A stretch of 64,000 bases of DNA from Selaginella moellendorffii (Eukaryota > Plantae > Lycopodiophyta): the NCBI RefSeq assembly GCF_000143415.4, contig NW_003314281.1, positions 1,220,481-1,284,480 on the forward strand. The letters are read 5' to 3'. Below, piece after piece: positions 46,954 to 60,059 of this stretch. The notes below the pieces were generated by a model. It was not told the origin of the DNA, did no database searches, and saw only the letters and a list, made by a program, of their open reading frames with translations. Both the position numbers and the translations under genes were made by a program. Numbering within the stretch: position 1 is the stretch's first letter; the number at the start of each line of letters is the position of its first letter.

Positions 46954-49900
46954 TCATTTCTTCTCCCGTTGGCATAAAGACCACAAAGGAGCGGCCAAGT
47001 GTGCCTTCGCATCTGACTCCATCACAGCCTTGATTAGAGCAGATAGCTCGGAGTCAGTCTTTCGTTGGAATGATAATGATGCTAAAATTGCAGCTTCAAC
47101 TTGTAACTCCAGTTTGTTTTGATTTAATGCATGCATGCGTCGCTCTAACTTGATCGAAGCTTTGAACTTCCATCAAAGCTGAAAAATCAAAATGAGAAAA
47201 ATAATGAAAGTTTACAAACTCTAAAATACATACATATGGAAACTGTAACACTTCGAATTTTTCTCCAGCTCATAGCTCTTTGATATTTCGACGAGAACAC
47301 AATGCATAGGTCTATAAAAGAAAAAACAAATCTCACAAAAAGAATTTCAAACCGGTCTTGATTTTCTGCAACAAGGTGGATATGTAAGTCGATTTCTGCC
47401 GTTTGTGGCACGTCTGGGACCATGTAATTTCCAGAACTATCCTTATCACCTTTCAAGCACTTCACTGCCAAATGCTCAACAGCGGGCAGGCAAAAATTTG
47501 AAATAGATCCGACGGTGTAGATAAAATTCCGGGCGGGAACAAAACGAAGATTACCTCGTCAAAGAAACCTCCGGGGAAACACGAGCTTGAAGATGTAAGT
47601 GACGAGCTTTACTGGCGGTCGGATAGAGCTCCCCTTGAAAAACGCTGGATCCACTGCCGTGGAGGACTGGAGGAAGAGGAAATTCTCTCGACCAGCTCGT
47701 TCTACCTGTGAGAGCCAAAGAAGAACAAGCTTAACATCACTCGAAAATCGTGAACGAGATCAGTACCTGGCACTGCCAAAATTCGATGTTGGTCATGGTG
47801 AGAAGCACCACAAGTCCACTGTGGAATAAGTTGAGCTTGCGCTGCGTCACTGCCAAGAAGTGGAAAATCTCCTGGAAGAACGCCTTGTGTTGATCTGAAT
47901 CGCTGATGCTCCTGAGTGGAAAGTTCCAGACGATGCACTTGACTTTCGTCCAGTCTGGGAGCTCTCTCGCTTCTTCTGCGGAGGAAGTAACCAAAGACGA
48001 TGCGCTGACCCCCCCCCCCCCAAAAGGATCTGGATTCTCGAAGGCAAGTCCAGGTTCACGTTGGAGAGAGATGGATCATACTTCTCTGCTTCTAGCTGAG
48101 AATCTTCGTTGCAAGCTACCGCGATGGATGCAGTAGGAAGATCTTGCAGCTGATGGATATAAGACAGTGCCTCCCTTCCAAAAACTAGCATGGTGCCCTC
48201 CAAGTTTCGAGTGGAAGAACACAGCACCGTAGGAAACTGAGCTACGTCTTCGTCAAACTCAAGACGATTGTCCCAGCGTGGAACATCCGAGTCGTGCTTA
48301 TATCGACAATGAGCACCATAGCGACATCCCTGGCATACAATCGCTTGAGAATAATGCGAGTTAAAAAGCTGACACTTACATCCCCGGACAAGAAAAACTT
48401 GCATACTGCTGGCGTGGAAGAGACGGAGTGTGAGAACTCACAGCAGTTTCCTTTAGCGCAAAAGCCTCTACGGAAGTACACGCACTGCACTTCCCCGTCC
48501 TCTTCTTTAGGAAAATGGATCGACTTGTAATTACTCTGCGGTTCTAAGTATCTTGCTTGAGTCTGAAACAGTGGATCGTAAGTGCTGGAAAACATAAGCA
48601 CGAGTTGAAACAAGTTACCTCCACAATGATCTTCAGCAAATCTGACTGGTTATTCTCGTTGTGGAAGCTCCCATTTGAAACATACGGAAGTCCCAGGCAC
48701 GAGTCGTCGTCTTGGCTATGGAAGCAGAGGTGCTGGAAGGAGAAAGCCGTATAATAAGATGGCGGTCCTGTTAGAAGCTTTATTGACCATGGTCTCCACC
48801 GATGCATAACTTCTAGCACGGAACTAGCTGCCTCAAAAACAAGCAAGCATCAAGTTTGGTTCTAAAACTCGAAAGACTTACAGAGCTCAGCGACAGCGTT
48901 GAGTGAAAACAAAGAAAGGTGATGCTGTTTGCAGAATTCCTTCTCCGACTCCTCTCCATGAATGGTGACGATCGTTCAGGATAAAAACTCGTGCGATACC
49001 TTTTGCCATCGATAGTTGTCCTGTGTGAAAAACATCAAGGAGAGACAGGGAAAAGAAACAAACAAACGAAGTCGTACCTTCAAGACGCACTGCCAGAATT
49101 CAAACGCGCAGAGGTTGCCAAGAAGAGCAGCTTGACGAGATTGCCTGATACCATTTTGTGATTCCTGGAAGTACTGAAAAGAATAGTGTGCTGTAGCGCT
49201 AGCTCCGAAAGGCAGGATAATCGGACTCGGCGTAGTATCTAGCACAGAAGCTATGACAGCACACTCATTCAGGTACCCGCGTTCGCAGCCCTCCATGACA
49301 AGCATAGAAGCCTCCAAAGATAGTGGAAGAGACGCAAGTATTCGTCCGTATGGAGTCGGCAACTTCTTCCCTCCAGCATCGCGCTGTAGAGCGTTCAGTG
49401 CTTCAAGTGACTCCAAAGCATCATAAACAGTGTCTGGATGCGGTGGATTCATGCATTTATCGAAGAATGCTGGAAAAACAAAACACAAAATTTCCGATTC
49501 AGAAAACGAAGAGACGTACCCAATGCATCATTCAAAGCTCGTGCTTCAGCACAAAACAGTGACAGTACTTGCTTTCGTAGAGACAAGAGCTGCATTGCGG
49601 GAACCTCAAACTTGTTGTATGTCGCGTACATTGTTCGGGGCATCATGCGAAAGACAGTACCATCGCAGGTACGCCCTGTGCGTCCCTTACGTTGTTCGGC
49701 CTACAGTTGAAAGGAGAAAGATACGGTGTCTGGCTGGAGGACAAAGACAACTTCTCACCTGTGAGTTCAACTCCCAGACAATCCGGGGACCGTCTCTCTT
49801 CATTTTCGAGTTCCAAAACACTTCTAGGCAGCGGCATGAGTCGATGACGAACGATGCTCCCGGTATTGTAATTGAAGACTCGGCGACATCAGTCGCAAGA

Positions 49901-51205
49901 ATCACCTGAAAGAAAAGAAGGATTCAGAAAAAACAAGACGGAGAATTAAGGAAAGAAAAGACCTTCCTCACTGAATGGTACGCCTCTATTGCTTCCAAAG
50001 ATTGGTCGATGTCAATGCTACTGTGGAGCACAAATATCTCCACATCCAGTGCCCGTTGCGTGAGGAGAGACCACTGCTCTTCCAAGGCACGATAAGTTGG
50101 CAGGAAGACCAGAATTCCCTTCCTGCGATCAGGCTCATCTTTGTGGATGTGAGCGATAAGATCGAAAATCAGGTGCTGTATCTCCATCCCAATATCAGTC
50201 CCGTTCTTAAAGGGAGAGGGGTTTTGCTCCAACGAGTTCATTACAGACAAGTGCTCTTTCTTGTTTCCAAGTTGTTGCACGACCTGACTGAGGTTTGTTA
50301 ACAGAAAGATAAAAATAAACGCGAGTGAAATAAAATATACAGAACCTGGTCGAGATACTTCACGCTGCACTGGAACAGATGTTGCTGGATCTTCGAGGCC
50401 AAGTTCGAGACAGCTGTTTCGCCAAGCTCAGACATGAGTACCAGACTATGGCAGCAGCAATCACATTAGCAAGAGAATCCAGAAACAAAAGAGACAAAAA
50501 GAAGCCCACCGTGAGTTCTTGTTCCGAAAGAGCAAGATCTTGACGCAACAAAGAACCATTTCTGACTCCACAGACCCCTCGTGGATTTCATCCAGTATGA
50601 CCACCTTGTAGTGAGAAAGAGCAGCCACGCCTTTGGATTTGATCTCCTCTAGAAGAACACCGGCAGTCTGGAAGACGATTTTGGAGCTGGAAAAATGCCG
50701 TGACTTAGGAATGGAAGAACAGAACATCTAAGATCAAAAGAAAGAACCACAGAACTCCAAGAACTCGAGGAGAAAGTTCCCAAGAACTAAACATCAAGGA
50801 AAGACTAGAACTTTCAGAACGACGAAAAGCTCGAGCATTTACCTGGAACTTGTCCGATTCATCTGACCAATGTGAAATCCAACTTCTTGTCCAAGCTCGC
50901 AGCCTCGCTCCTCGGCCACCATTTTGGACACGGCGACCACGGCAAACCTTCTCGGCTGCGTGCACAGAATGGGGACGAACCCTTCCTCGAGCAGCATTTG
51001 CGGGACTTGCGAGCTCTTTCCTAGACCCACATTCCCTTGCTAAGCTCCGAAAAGAGGGGTAATCCGAGCAAAGAAGAGGCAAACCTGAGCCAGTCTCGGC
51101 GAGGATGATCGTGACCCGGTTCATCTCCACCTTCTGGACGATCGTCGCCTTGAGGCGCCGCACGGGCAGCCGCCTGGATCGCAACCCCTCCCCATCGTCC
51201 GCCAT
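46954..51205 (-). CDS. DExH-box RNA helicase with two CCCH fingers (DExH8/C3H31 type); apparent frameshift at 48009-48021
   Basis: AETGS|GKSSQVPQ, CTQPRRFAV, ILDEIHE, ILVFLPT, ILATDVAESSITIPG, CVYFRRGFCAKGNCCEFSH. Confidence 0.88.
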
Positions 51206-51380
51206 GCAGCGGGCGCGCAAGAAATCTTGCTCGTGTTTAAGGGTGAAAAAAATGAAAGTGGATATTCCCGGCACTAGTATCATTTTTAGGGCTAATTGGT
51301 TTAAAAGGAAACCTAAAGGTGAAATGACGGCACTAATAACTTTTTCGTGTATCTCCAATTGCTTGTGGACAATCTCGCAG

Positions 51381-52283
51381 TCAGTACATTGGCATGGAAG
51401 CTTGTCCTCCCATTATCAAATCAGTTCTCACATCCTGTTTCGCTTCGACTTCCACCTTTGTTTCTGGGGCTGGCCTATTGTATTTTTGAGTGATCCGCTT
51501 GATCCACGGATGTTCCAAGATCTGGGCTGCCGTCAATCGTTTTTTCTTGTCCAGATTTAGCATCCCCAGCATCAAATCCTTGGCTAACACCGGAACCCTC
51601 GTCCAGTCGAAGAGAATAAGGGGCAAATCTTCATATCGCTCCAACTCGCTGAGAACTTGAGGTGTTTGAAGCTCCTCATATGCAATCTTTCCCGTGAGCA
51701 TCTCGTACAACGTCACGCCCAACGCCCAAATATCACAAGATTCTTTGAACCTTTCCCCGGGGGGCATGTACCGCGCAGTTCCACCGCGCATCAACGGCCC
51801 CTTTCCTTGCCCCTTCTGCCAGGAGAGGCCAAAATCCGCCACCTTTACCTCACCGTCAAAGCCTACTAGAATGTTTCCCGGTTTTATGTCGTTGTGAGCC
51901 ATCCCTAGGGCGTGCATCCGCTGCAACGTCCCCGCCACCTTCGCCACCACAAGCGCCGCCTCGTCCTCGCCCAAGGGAAGCCTCGAGAGGAGTGTTCCTT
52001 CGCACAGCTCCATTATGATATGGCAGAAACCCAAGTCACGCACAATGGCGACGAGACGAACCACGCCTGGGTCGTGCCTCAGTTGGGCCATGATCTTGAG
52101 CTCTTGCAGTAGTTTATCGTCGCCCATCATGCTGTTCGTCTTGCACGCAAAGTGTTTCCCATCTCTCAAACGGATCACCTCAAACACCCTCGAGAATCCA
52201 CCCATTCCTATAGTCTTTGTTACCTGGTACTTGTCTAGCAGATTGGGGAACAATATCTCCATCGTCTTTGGGTTCATCTCCAT
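51381..52283 (-). CDS. Intronless Ser/Thr protein kinase (CAMK-group-like)
   Basis: GMGGFS, FACK, HNDIKPGN, DFG, GTARYMPP, DIWALGV, RLTAAQILEHPW. Confidence 0.82.
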   Translation of the reverse strand: MEMNPKTMEILFPNLLDKYQVTKTIGMGGFSRVFEVIRLRDGKHFACKTNSMMGDDKLLQELKIMAQLRHDPGVVRLVAIVRDLGFCHIIMELCEGTLLSRLPLGEDEAALVVAKVAGTLQRMHALGMAHNDIKPGNILVGFDGEVKVADFGLSWQKGQGKGPLMRGGTARYMPPGERFKESCDIWALGVTLYEMLTGKIAYEELQTPQVLSELERYEDLPLILFDWTRVPVLAKDLMLGMLNLDKKKRLTAAQILEHPWIKRITQKYNRPAPETKVEVEAKQDVRTDLIMGGQASMPMY

Positions 52284-52419
52284 CTCCCTTTTCTCTGTTG
52301 CAAGAAAATGCCAAACCCTAGAGGATAGCCTTCCGCTTTTAACTTTAAAGGCCACAGAAGTCACCTTTTCTTCTGAGCTTGTTCATTGCGAAAACTGGTT
52401 TAGGGCTTTACAATTTCTG

Positions 52420-53515
52420 CTCTTTCCATTGTTGCGCTGGAATCCACCATTATATCGCGCTCTTTATTTCTTCCGACTTCCATTCGAGTGATTTTCTTGC
52501 TTGTTGCCTTACCCTAAAAATTCCATACAGCTCAAGAGGTGGAGTTCATTGTGAGAGCGAACCATAGCCATTTAAGACGATGTTCCGTGCATTGGTATGC
52601 TTTTTGTTTTTTTTTTGCACATGCATAGGCTTGAGCTTGGCTGAGCTTGAACGGCTTGGTACCACGGTTTCAAAGACGGCCAGCCACGACATTCCTTATG
52701 TCGTAAGCTCTTTTTTCTCTTGTTCTCCACAGTTAGTGTTTTTCTACGCAGCTCGCTCGTGGAGGAAACGGAGCAACCACTGTTTCAGCAACAATGTTTT
52801 TTGCTTCAAAGGTAGTTTCTACATTGGAAAAAAGAGGAGCCTTTGGGGAATTCAAAGTATTCGTAACTGGAGGTATGGGAGGAGTTCATCGACAGGGCGT
52901 CAAGTAAGCCCAATGTTCTTTCTTATGTCATACTTTTGTGTCTTCAACTTTGTTTGAAAGGGTGTTTTAATATGAAACAATTTGCAGGAAACTCAAGGAG
53001 TGACAGTTGTTAGCTACTCAACTGACGAATTTCCAGAATTTTTACTCCTAACAGTGGCTGCAAAGCACCTTGCCGAGCAGACAGCGTGGAGGAATGCGCA
53101 GACATCATAGGTAAGCTCTAGCCAACGTGGTTATCGATTCTAACTAGAGGCAAATACGAAGTTTGGATTGGGTTCAGGCATTTTGATCGGGGTTCCAATA
53201 CCCGCAGAGCATGCAGCGGCAACTAAGAACGTAAATCGGCCATACAATCGGCATTGCATGAAGCAGAGTACGTCTCAGTGACTTCGCTCTTGGTATTCCT
53301 ACGTGTTTTTTCTTTATAAGAGCAGAGGTATGGCTGGTAATTCTGTGACGCCATTCTTTCTCAAGCGCGTCAACGAGCTCACTGGAGGCGATTCATTGGC
53401 TGCAAGTATCCTTTTGTTTGGTAGTTTTTCTTTGCTACAATTGACAGATATCCAGCTCGTGAAGAATAATGCACTCGTTGGTGCGAAGATTGCAACGGCT
53501 CTGACAACAGCTTTT
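52420..53515 (+). pseudogene. Pseudouridine-5'-phosphate glycosidase pseudogene
   Basis: Start codon and the AGVKSILD exon are deleted. Multiple indels, e.g. AACGTAAATCG versus AACGTGGAATCG. Confidence 0.9.
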
Positions 53516-54143
53516 CTAAATCGTTTTGACACTCGGCCCCGATTGGTAGAAATGTCGTCCACAAAACGCGTGCGTGACAGCGCTGTTTCTTTTTCCCATC
53601 TGTTCTCTTTGCCTGTTTCTTTTTTTCTGTGCTTTCAACAGATTATACTTCCCGCGGCACGTCTTTAGGTAGTGGCAAGGGACAAAACACCACACTTGTA
53701 ATGCCAGACACGGGAAAACTAAACTCCTTGAAAGTGAGTTACTTACGAGGTAGAGACGATCAGCATCAACACGTTTATTGGTTTTGAATTTCGTCTTGCT
53801 TTGCTGTGTTGGATTACAGATAGGCAACGAGCTCAGTTTTTCTCACGAGAAACTTCTTGCCACACAGCCAATCCTCTCTTGCCATTGGAGCCTCACTCGC
53901 GCAGAAGCTTCCTCCTATGAACAAAATATGGCGACTTTACTCTTTCTTGAGCTGGATCTTAGTAAGCCTCCAACTCATCCTTCTTCCTATCACGCGTTTA
54001 TTCCGCGGCAATGGCAACATCTATAAATCTCCATCACCACTCCAGTGGCAACCATTGCAAACTCCATCCCCAGTATTCGAAGCTTCATCCCAAGCCTTCG
54101 ATCATACAAGTCTTCTGTTCCTGCCAGGAGTTTCGATCGAGCA

Positions 54144-55115
54144 ATGGGTGCTCTCAAAGTCATTGCATTGCTGTTGTTGGTCGAGCTTGCACTCTCTGCT
54201 CGTCTCCCACCAAAGTCAGATGTTTCTTTCTCTGAGAACTACTATGTCCGATGGGCTAATGATCATACGCGAGTGCTCAACGGTGGCAGCGAAATGCAGC
54301 TTGTTCTCGACAAGGCTTCAGGTAACAATCCCTGTCTCAAGCTTTTCTTTTGCTGATCAAGTCCTGTTGCATGATAGGTGCTGGATTTGGGTCCCGCAGC
54401 AAATACTTGTTCGGTCATATCAGCATGAAGATCAAGCTGGTTCCCAAAGACTCTGCTGGAACTGTGACGGCATTCTACATGTCCTCGGAGACAGACAAGC
54501 ACGATGAGATCGACTTTGAGTTCTTGGGGAACGTTTCCGGGCAGCCATACATCGTCCAGACCAACGTTTTCGCCAATGGCGTTGGAAACCGGGAGCAGCG
54601 ACACTACCTCTGGTTCGACCCCACTCAGGACTTCCACAGCTACTCCGTCCTCTGGAACAAGCAGCAGATCATGTATGTTTTTTGCGAACACTTTTCGATA
54701 ATCGCTCAAACTGTGGTTTTGGTCCCTCAGATTCTACGTGGACGATGTCCCTCTGCGTGTCCACAAGAACAACGAAGCCATCGGGATCCCATTCCCAAAG
54801 AGCCAGCCAATGGGGGTCTACTCGAGCCTGTGGAACGGAGACGACTGGGCTACTCGCGGCGGGCTGGAGAAGATCAACTGGGATCACGCTCCATTCGTGG
54901 CGGCGTACAAGGGATTCAGCGTGGATGCTTGCGCCGGGGGTGTGGAGTCGTGCAGCGCTCCCAAGGGCAACTGGTGGGAGCAAGAGGCATTCCAGAGCAC
55001 CGACGAGGAGACCAAGAGCAAGCTCAAGTGGGTCAAGGACAACTACATGATCTACGACTACTGCACCGACAGCAAGAGGTTTCCGACGACTCCCGCGGAC
55101 TGTGGCCAGTTTTGA
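54144..55115 (+). CDS. XTH: XTH copy 2, intact, 3 exons
   Basis: Same exon structure, [11 protein letters not shown] retained, few substitutions relative to copy 1. Confidence 0.93.
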
Positions 55116-58100
55116 GAGCTTCCATGTACTTACATTCTTTTGTACAGCACTATTCTTTTGTAATAGAAAATGTTCTTTTATTTTTTCATTTGGGTTCTTC
55201 CACACATTACCATCCAGGTAATGAAGAACACCAGAGTTTGTTCAGATTGTCACATGGCTTCCAACATTTCCAGGATCTCAAAGAGGAAGATTATTTTGCA
55301 TGATTCGACGAAGTTTCATCACTTAGAGAATGGTGCTTGCTACTGGTAAATTTAGAGGCATCTTATTTCGCTGCCAAGTAATTTTCCAAATTTTAGGATC
55401 GTTTGGTAGACTCTAGACCATGGACAAAGATGGTTTCATCAGACACTATTGACGTCAAAGCAAGCGTGACGCCCAACATGGAGAAAAAGAATCTCTTACG
55501 AACTATGCAAAGAAACAGGAAGTCGGGGATTAAGGCAACATGCATTGGGTGGGAGGAACCCTGAGCCTAGCGACCATCACAGCCAGAACTATAAGAACAA
55601 TCGTCCACAGGTGGCCAGATGTGAAATCGCAGGGAATGAAACCCCGGGATTCATCACAAAAAAAAGGTGGCAAAGGTGATTCAAAAAGTCGGAAGAACAA
55701 AAAATGCAGCATGCAAAGCACCCGACTTCATAACTTTAATAAAGGCGAGAGCATCAGATATTTTACGCCAGCCTGACGTGCATATATACACCCCACATAT
55801 CTAACAGTTAAAAAGACTAGAAGAAGGTAGTTAGCTTTTTTACCTGTATTGTGGTAGAAGCTGCTGAAGAAGAGGGATGAAATTGATCTTTGTAACTACC
55901 TCTGTGAAAATAGAAAGCATTTGCTTAGAGCCCCTTGTGTAGTTGGCTTTCAGTTCCGTTAAAGCCTTCTCCAACCTTTCCAAGTTCTTTGTCACGTCTT
56001 TTATGTTGTTTTCCAAGTCCTCTCTCTCCATCCTCATGTCTACCACCATTTCACATGGCGTATCCCAAGTTATTTGAAAAACCCACAAGTAAAGTTCTAG
56101 TCAGTTCAACTAATCCAACTTACATGGAGGCGTTGCCCTGAACAAGTGATCGAGTGCAGGGCTGGAAATTTGGGAAATGTGCACCCTGACTTACATCGAT
56201 CCTATTCGCATACTGAGATCCAACGGCCGAGATTGAATTATGGAACTTCTTGGTTAAAAAGCATAAGCGATTCTTCGGGCGGCTATTTAATGGAGCACGA
56301 TCATAGATATTCTGGGCAATCTAAGGCATGAAGCCAATCCCCCACGTCTGTGGGCTTGGATTAATAATTGGCTTCGGAACCACTACACGCATCGATTATT
56401 TGAGGTATCACTGTGGAAAGTCCTCTTTTCATGTTCTTGAATCCATATTTTCTCCTAGAAGAAGAAGCATCGCCCCAGCCGATGAGCTGAATCCAAAGCA
56501 TAGAGCAGCATTTGTGCAGCTGCCTTTTTGTAGTCAGGCTACATTCTTCTATAGGACTCCTTCATAAACATTTCCCATTCGCAAGAAAGCTCCTTCAATG
56601 AGGTAGTGATCAAGCAGGCCAAAAAGGAGCCTCTCACTTGCTCACCACCAATTGGAACAACAAAATTTAAAATTTCTCAACTACTTCGAGGAGGGCTACC
56701 TCCCAACGTTACTGTGGTAGAGGGCGATCCGTCCATAGATTGCAAGCCATGGGGCAGGAAGAGGCTTGCGGTTAAGCTGCAGCTGGCTACACTAGCATTG
56801 AAAGAGTCCAAGAAGCCAGAGAGATGCCGAGAGGAGATTCCTTCCATGCTGCGTGCGAGGTATATGAAGTTTACGCATATTTGTGTCCTCATAATGAGTG
56901 AGCTCCTGATCTTTGAAGGCACATGAAGAACACCTGGGCTTCACAAGCTACTTTGACCTGGGTGATGAAGCTGGTATCTGTCAGGTCGGAAGGCATTGCT
57001 ACTCAAATCCAAATAGAGATGTCTTGCAGTGCAGGTACCTTTCCTCCTGCTTCTGGATCAGAGGATGCTCGCAGGAAAGCTATGAGTCCACCTTGTTTTG
57101 GGGAATGGAAGCTAAGCTTAGTGTTACAAAACTTTACTTGTTTCTTTTAGTACTCTTTTAGGGACAACATGATTATAGCAGACACAAAGCATGTACAATC
57201 TATATTGTAATACAATGGAAACATTTCAAACACTTGACAATTCTGAGCGTATGCAGACAGAAAGGTATTCCACCCCACACAATTGGTTCCACTAGATGTT
57301 CCAAAGGCATTCCACTCCAATATATCCTCTCAGATTCCTATTGTTGGCTTATGCTACAAGAATGAGGTCATCGACATCACATTCCAGAGCATACACATCA
57401 ATTAAAAGAAATTTGATTTTCTTGGTCGATTTACCTACTTGGCTTTTTCAAACAAACAATATTACGTTTATAATGTTACAAGAGATAACATCCCATAATG
57501 TATAAGAAAATCATATCTGCATTATCATTTTCTCTAGACTTGGCATGGAGATTTGAGAGCTCAAAGATCCATCATTCATCCAAAAGAATACTAAAATCGC
57601 TCATAAGCCAAAAGAAGACACCTTGAGCAATTCCAGTTGCACTGGATTCTTGACGCCCTTGAGGATGCTAGATCTGTGCCAGGGCAATAGTGAGAGTTGG
57701 AGGCCGCGGCCACCAGGAAATTTGACTGGGGGCGCAGCAGTCGAGTATGCTGATGGCATATGTCCAAAGTGTGAATTTCTACGTGTGTGGAATGCCCACA
57801 TAGAAAACATATTGAGGCATCTCTTCTATCACATTGGTCGCTGATTCCAATTGGTACCAAGGGCTATTCCAGTTGGTACCACAAAGCCTACTCTGGGCAC
57901 GTGGAGGCCAAAACAATCTCTGAAAGAATGCCAAAGTGGGAGCTATTGATGTGGAACTCCAGTAGGTGTCCAGAGAGGCATTGAGGCTTTTTATAAGCAT
58001 GCCTCAACAAGCTACCAGGGCCCAAAAGCTAGATAACTTGGAAGAATGTCGAACTCCCTTCAATTCCATGCCAGAGCATCCTTTTCATTGTGATGTACTA

Positions 58101-58979
58101 CAATACATGACCTCGTCAAGAGAGCTTAACATGATTAATGGAACCGCAAGTCTTCAATCCTCCACTATTTTGGAGAACCTATCGCTGGTGCTAGGGCATT
58201 TGAAAGTATTTACTTATTAAATATTCAATTTTAAAGGGTAACACACAAAGCTACAAGAAATTATGTTGTTTGTAGTATTCTGTTCAAGTAAAGCATAGAG
58301 GGACCAAGAGTGATAAAGAAATCAATTTGCATCCATTGTATTGTAGTCTAATGCTTCCAGTTGGGTGTCAGATGACCTTTAAAAAACATGTAATGGTAAT
58401 AGGAATGATGATTGGTTAAAGATCGCTATGCTTAGAATTCACTATGTTATGATCCCCACCTTAGAATTCTGCCATTGACAGTTGGAGCCATGTCTAACAG
58501 TCAAGTTGAGCATGGCATTTCTGGCAGTTCCATTCAAACTTGCTCTGTTGTTGATTGTGTACAATGTCCATCTAAAAACCTCTCAATCTAAACTTCTTTT
58601 GAACGAAATTTGACTAAATCTTTTTTATTTCAAAAGAGATATAGCCATGGTGGTTGGTGGTTTTATGTGAGCTTGTAAATGCATCAACTCAGTGTAACAG
58701 GGAAATTTGGATATTTTCAAAATTGCATTATACAATCATAGTGTACCCTTCTTGACAATGTTTTGGCCTGAAGTGCATCCAGAAATTTGGCTGGGATCTT
58801 AGGTGGGTGTCCCAATATGTTTAGGTCCTTAACAATATATATCACTCGGGTATGTAAATTGTTTGCTCAGCTCTTGATAAAGTTGACCTTCTTTATGCTC
58901 AACACAAGTGTGTTGTTTTTCTACCATGTCACTCACTCTCTCCATATTTCCTTGACTTGACTAAGCCAGAGATCCTATG

Positions 58980-59366
58980 GGCAATTTGGACTTTCTACCA
59001 TCATTGATTATATAATTGCTTCACCAAAGGAGAATGGCTTTTTTTCAATGATACTAAGTAAGGCTTGATTCACATTAATTTCTGGCTCTTGCAACACCAA
59101 GCAAGTTGTAGAATAGTCCATACTCAAATGTCATGATCACTACATGGAAACAGTAAGTTTAGTTTGATCCCTGAAAAAACAACACAAGCAATTTGACCTG
59201 GCCAGCTATAGTAGATAATTAGGAACACATCAGAGATTTCTTGGAGAATAATGCTATAACGCTGCTTCCTGTCAAAGTAATCTATGATGTTTGGAGAGTT
59301 TGATTGTGTAATCTTAAAGTGTGTGCAACCTATCGCTCTTGCAAGTAAACCGTTAGAACAATGCAA
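58980..59366 (-). mobile_element. PIF/Harbinger (DDE_Tnp_4) transposase remnant
   Basis: AIGCTHFKI...DYFDRKQRYSIILQEISD...YSWPG, and downstream NYIINDG, resemble GAIDGTH..YFNRK..SIxLQ..D..GWPG..YxxGD. Degenerate; TIRs not identified. Confidence 0.6.
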
Positions 59367-59450
59367 GAAGAGAATTAGTTTTTACCTACAACATTTACTA
59401 GCTTGATGTGAGTCACATCACAAAACTCTTGGCTGATACCTTCAAGACTC

Positions 59451-59970
59451 CGAGCGCTTTGCAAGCTTCCACATACCGAGTACATATGGACGAGAGCCAC
59501 GAAATCGTGCGATGCTTCGTCACTGTCCAAGCGAAAGTGGATCTCCGTGCCGATCTCTAGCTGCTTGAGAGTGCTGCAAGCCTTGAGCGCTGCGGGGATC
59601 AAAGAAATGCCTGGAGCTGATCCTTTTTCTCGCATTCTTGAGTAGAGTTCGAGCGTTTCTTGGTCTGATGGAAGAACGTTAGAGCTATCTTTGGTGCCGA
59701 GAGCCTCGAGCTTGATTGGCACCCAGCTCGGGCAGCCGCAGGAATCAATCCACAGGCCTTCCCACGTGAAGACGTGGACGAAATCTGGATCCTTGGGAGA
59801 TTTCTACACGGAAAAAGAGTCGTGTTAGCTTACCTTGGATGATCTCTGACCACTTTGCTGGATAGTCCAACAGCTGCTGCCATTTCCGCTCTTCCGATCT
59901 GGCTGTGTGCTGCTCTCTCGAATTCCCAGAACCATTCTTCTCCTCTTCTCTGTAAAAGAAATCGCTCCGA
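59451..59970 (-). pseudogene. 5' fragment of the PDF-PPR gene (duplicate of ~44901-45470)
   Basis: High nucleotide identity. ATG lost, intron shortened to ~30 nt, DNR of the PDF motif disrupted, truncated next to the Harbinger remnant. Confidence 0.88.
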
Positions 59971-59987
59971 ATTTCAAACATCTCTAA

Positions 59988-60059
59988 GCATCAGTAGTCC
60001 AACGGTTAGGATAATTGCCTTCCAAGCAATAGACCCGGGTTCGACTCCCGGCTGATGCA
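59988..60059 (+). tRNA. tRNA-Gly(UCC), copy 2
   Basis: Identical to copy 1 except for a fully paired T stem (CCCGG). TTTTT terminator follows. Confidence 0.95.

Larger units (their letters stand above)
52397..55145 (+). repeat. Segmental duplicate of 24900-28104 (PUMY + XTH)
   Basis: Collinear high-identity match including introns and intergenic DNA, from GGTTTAGGGCTTTA to TACATTCTTTTGTACA. Confidence 0.95.

Noticed and set aside
55500-58300. Short ORFs, including a coiled-coil at 55840-56088, as a second Harbinger gene
   Set aside because: No Myb/SANT motif or TIRs could be identified by eye.
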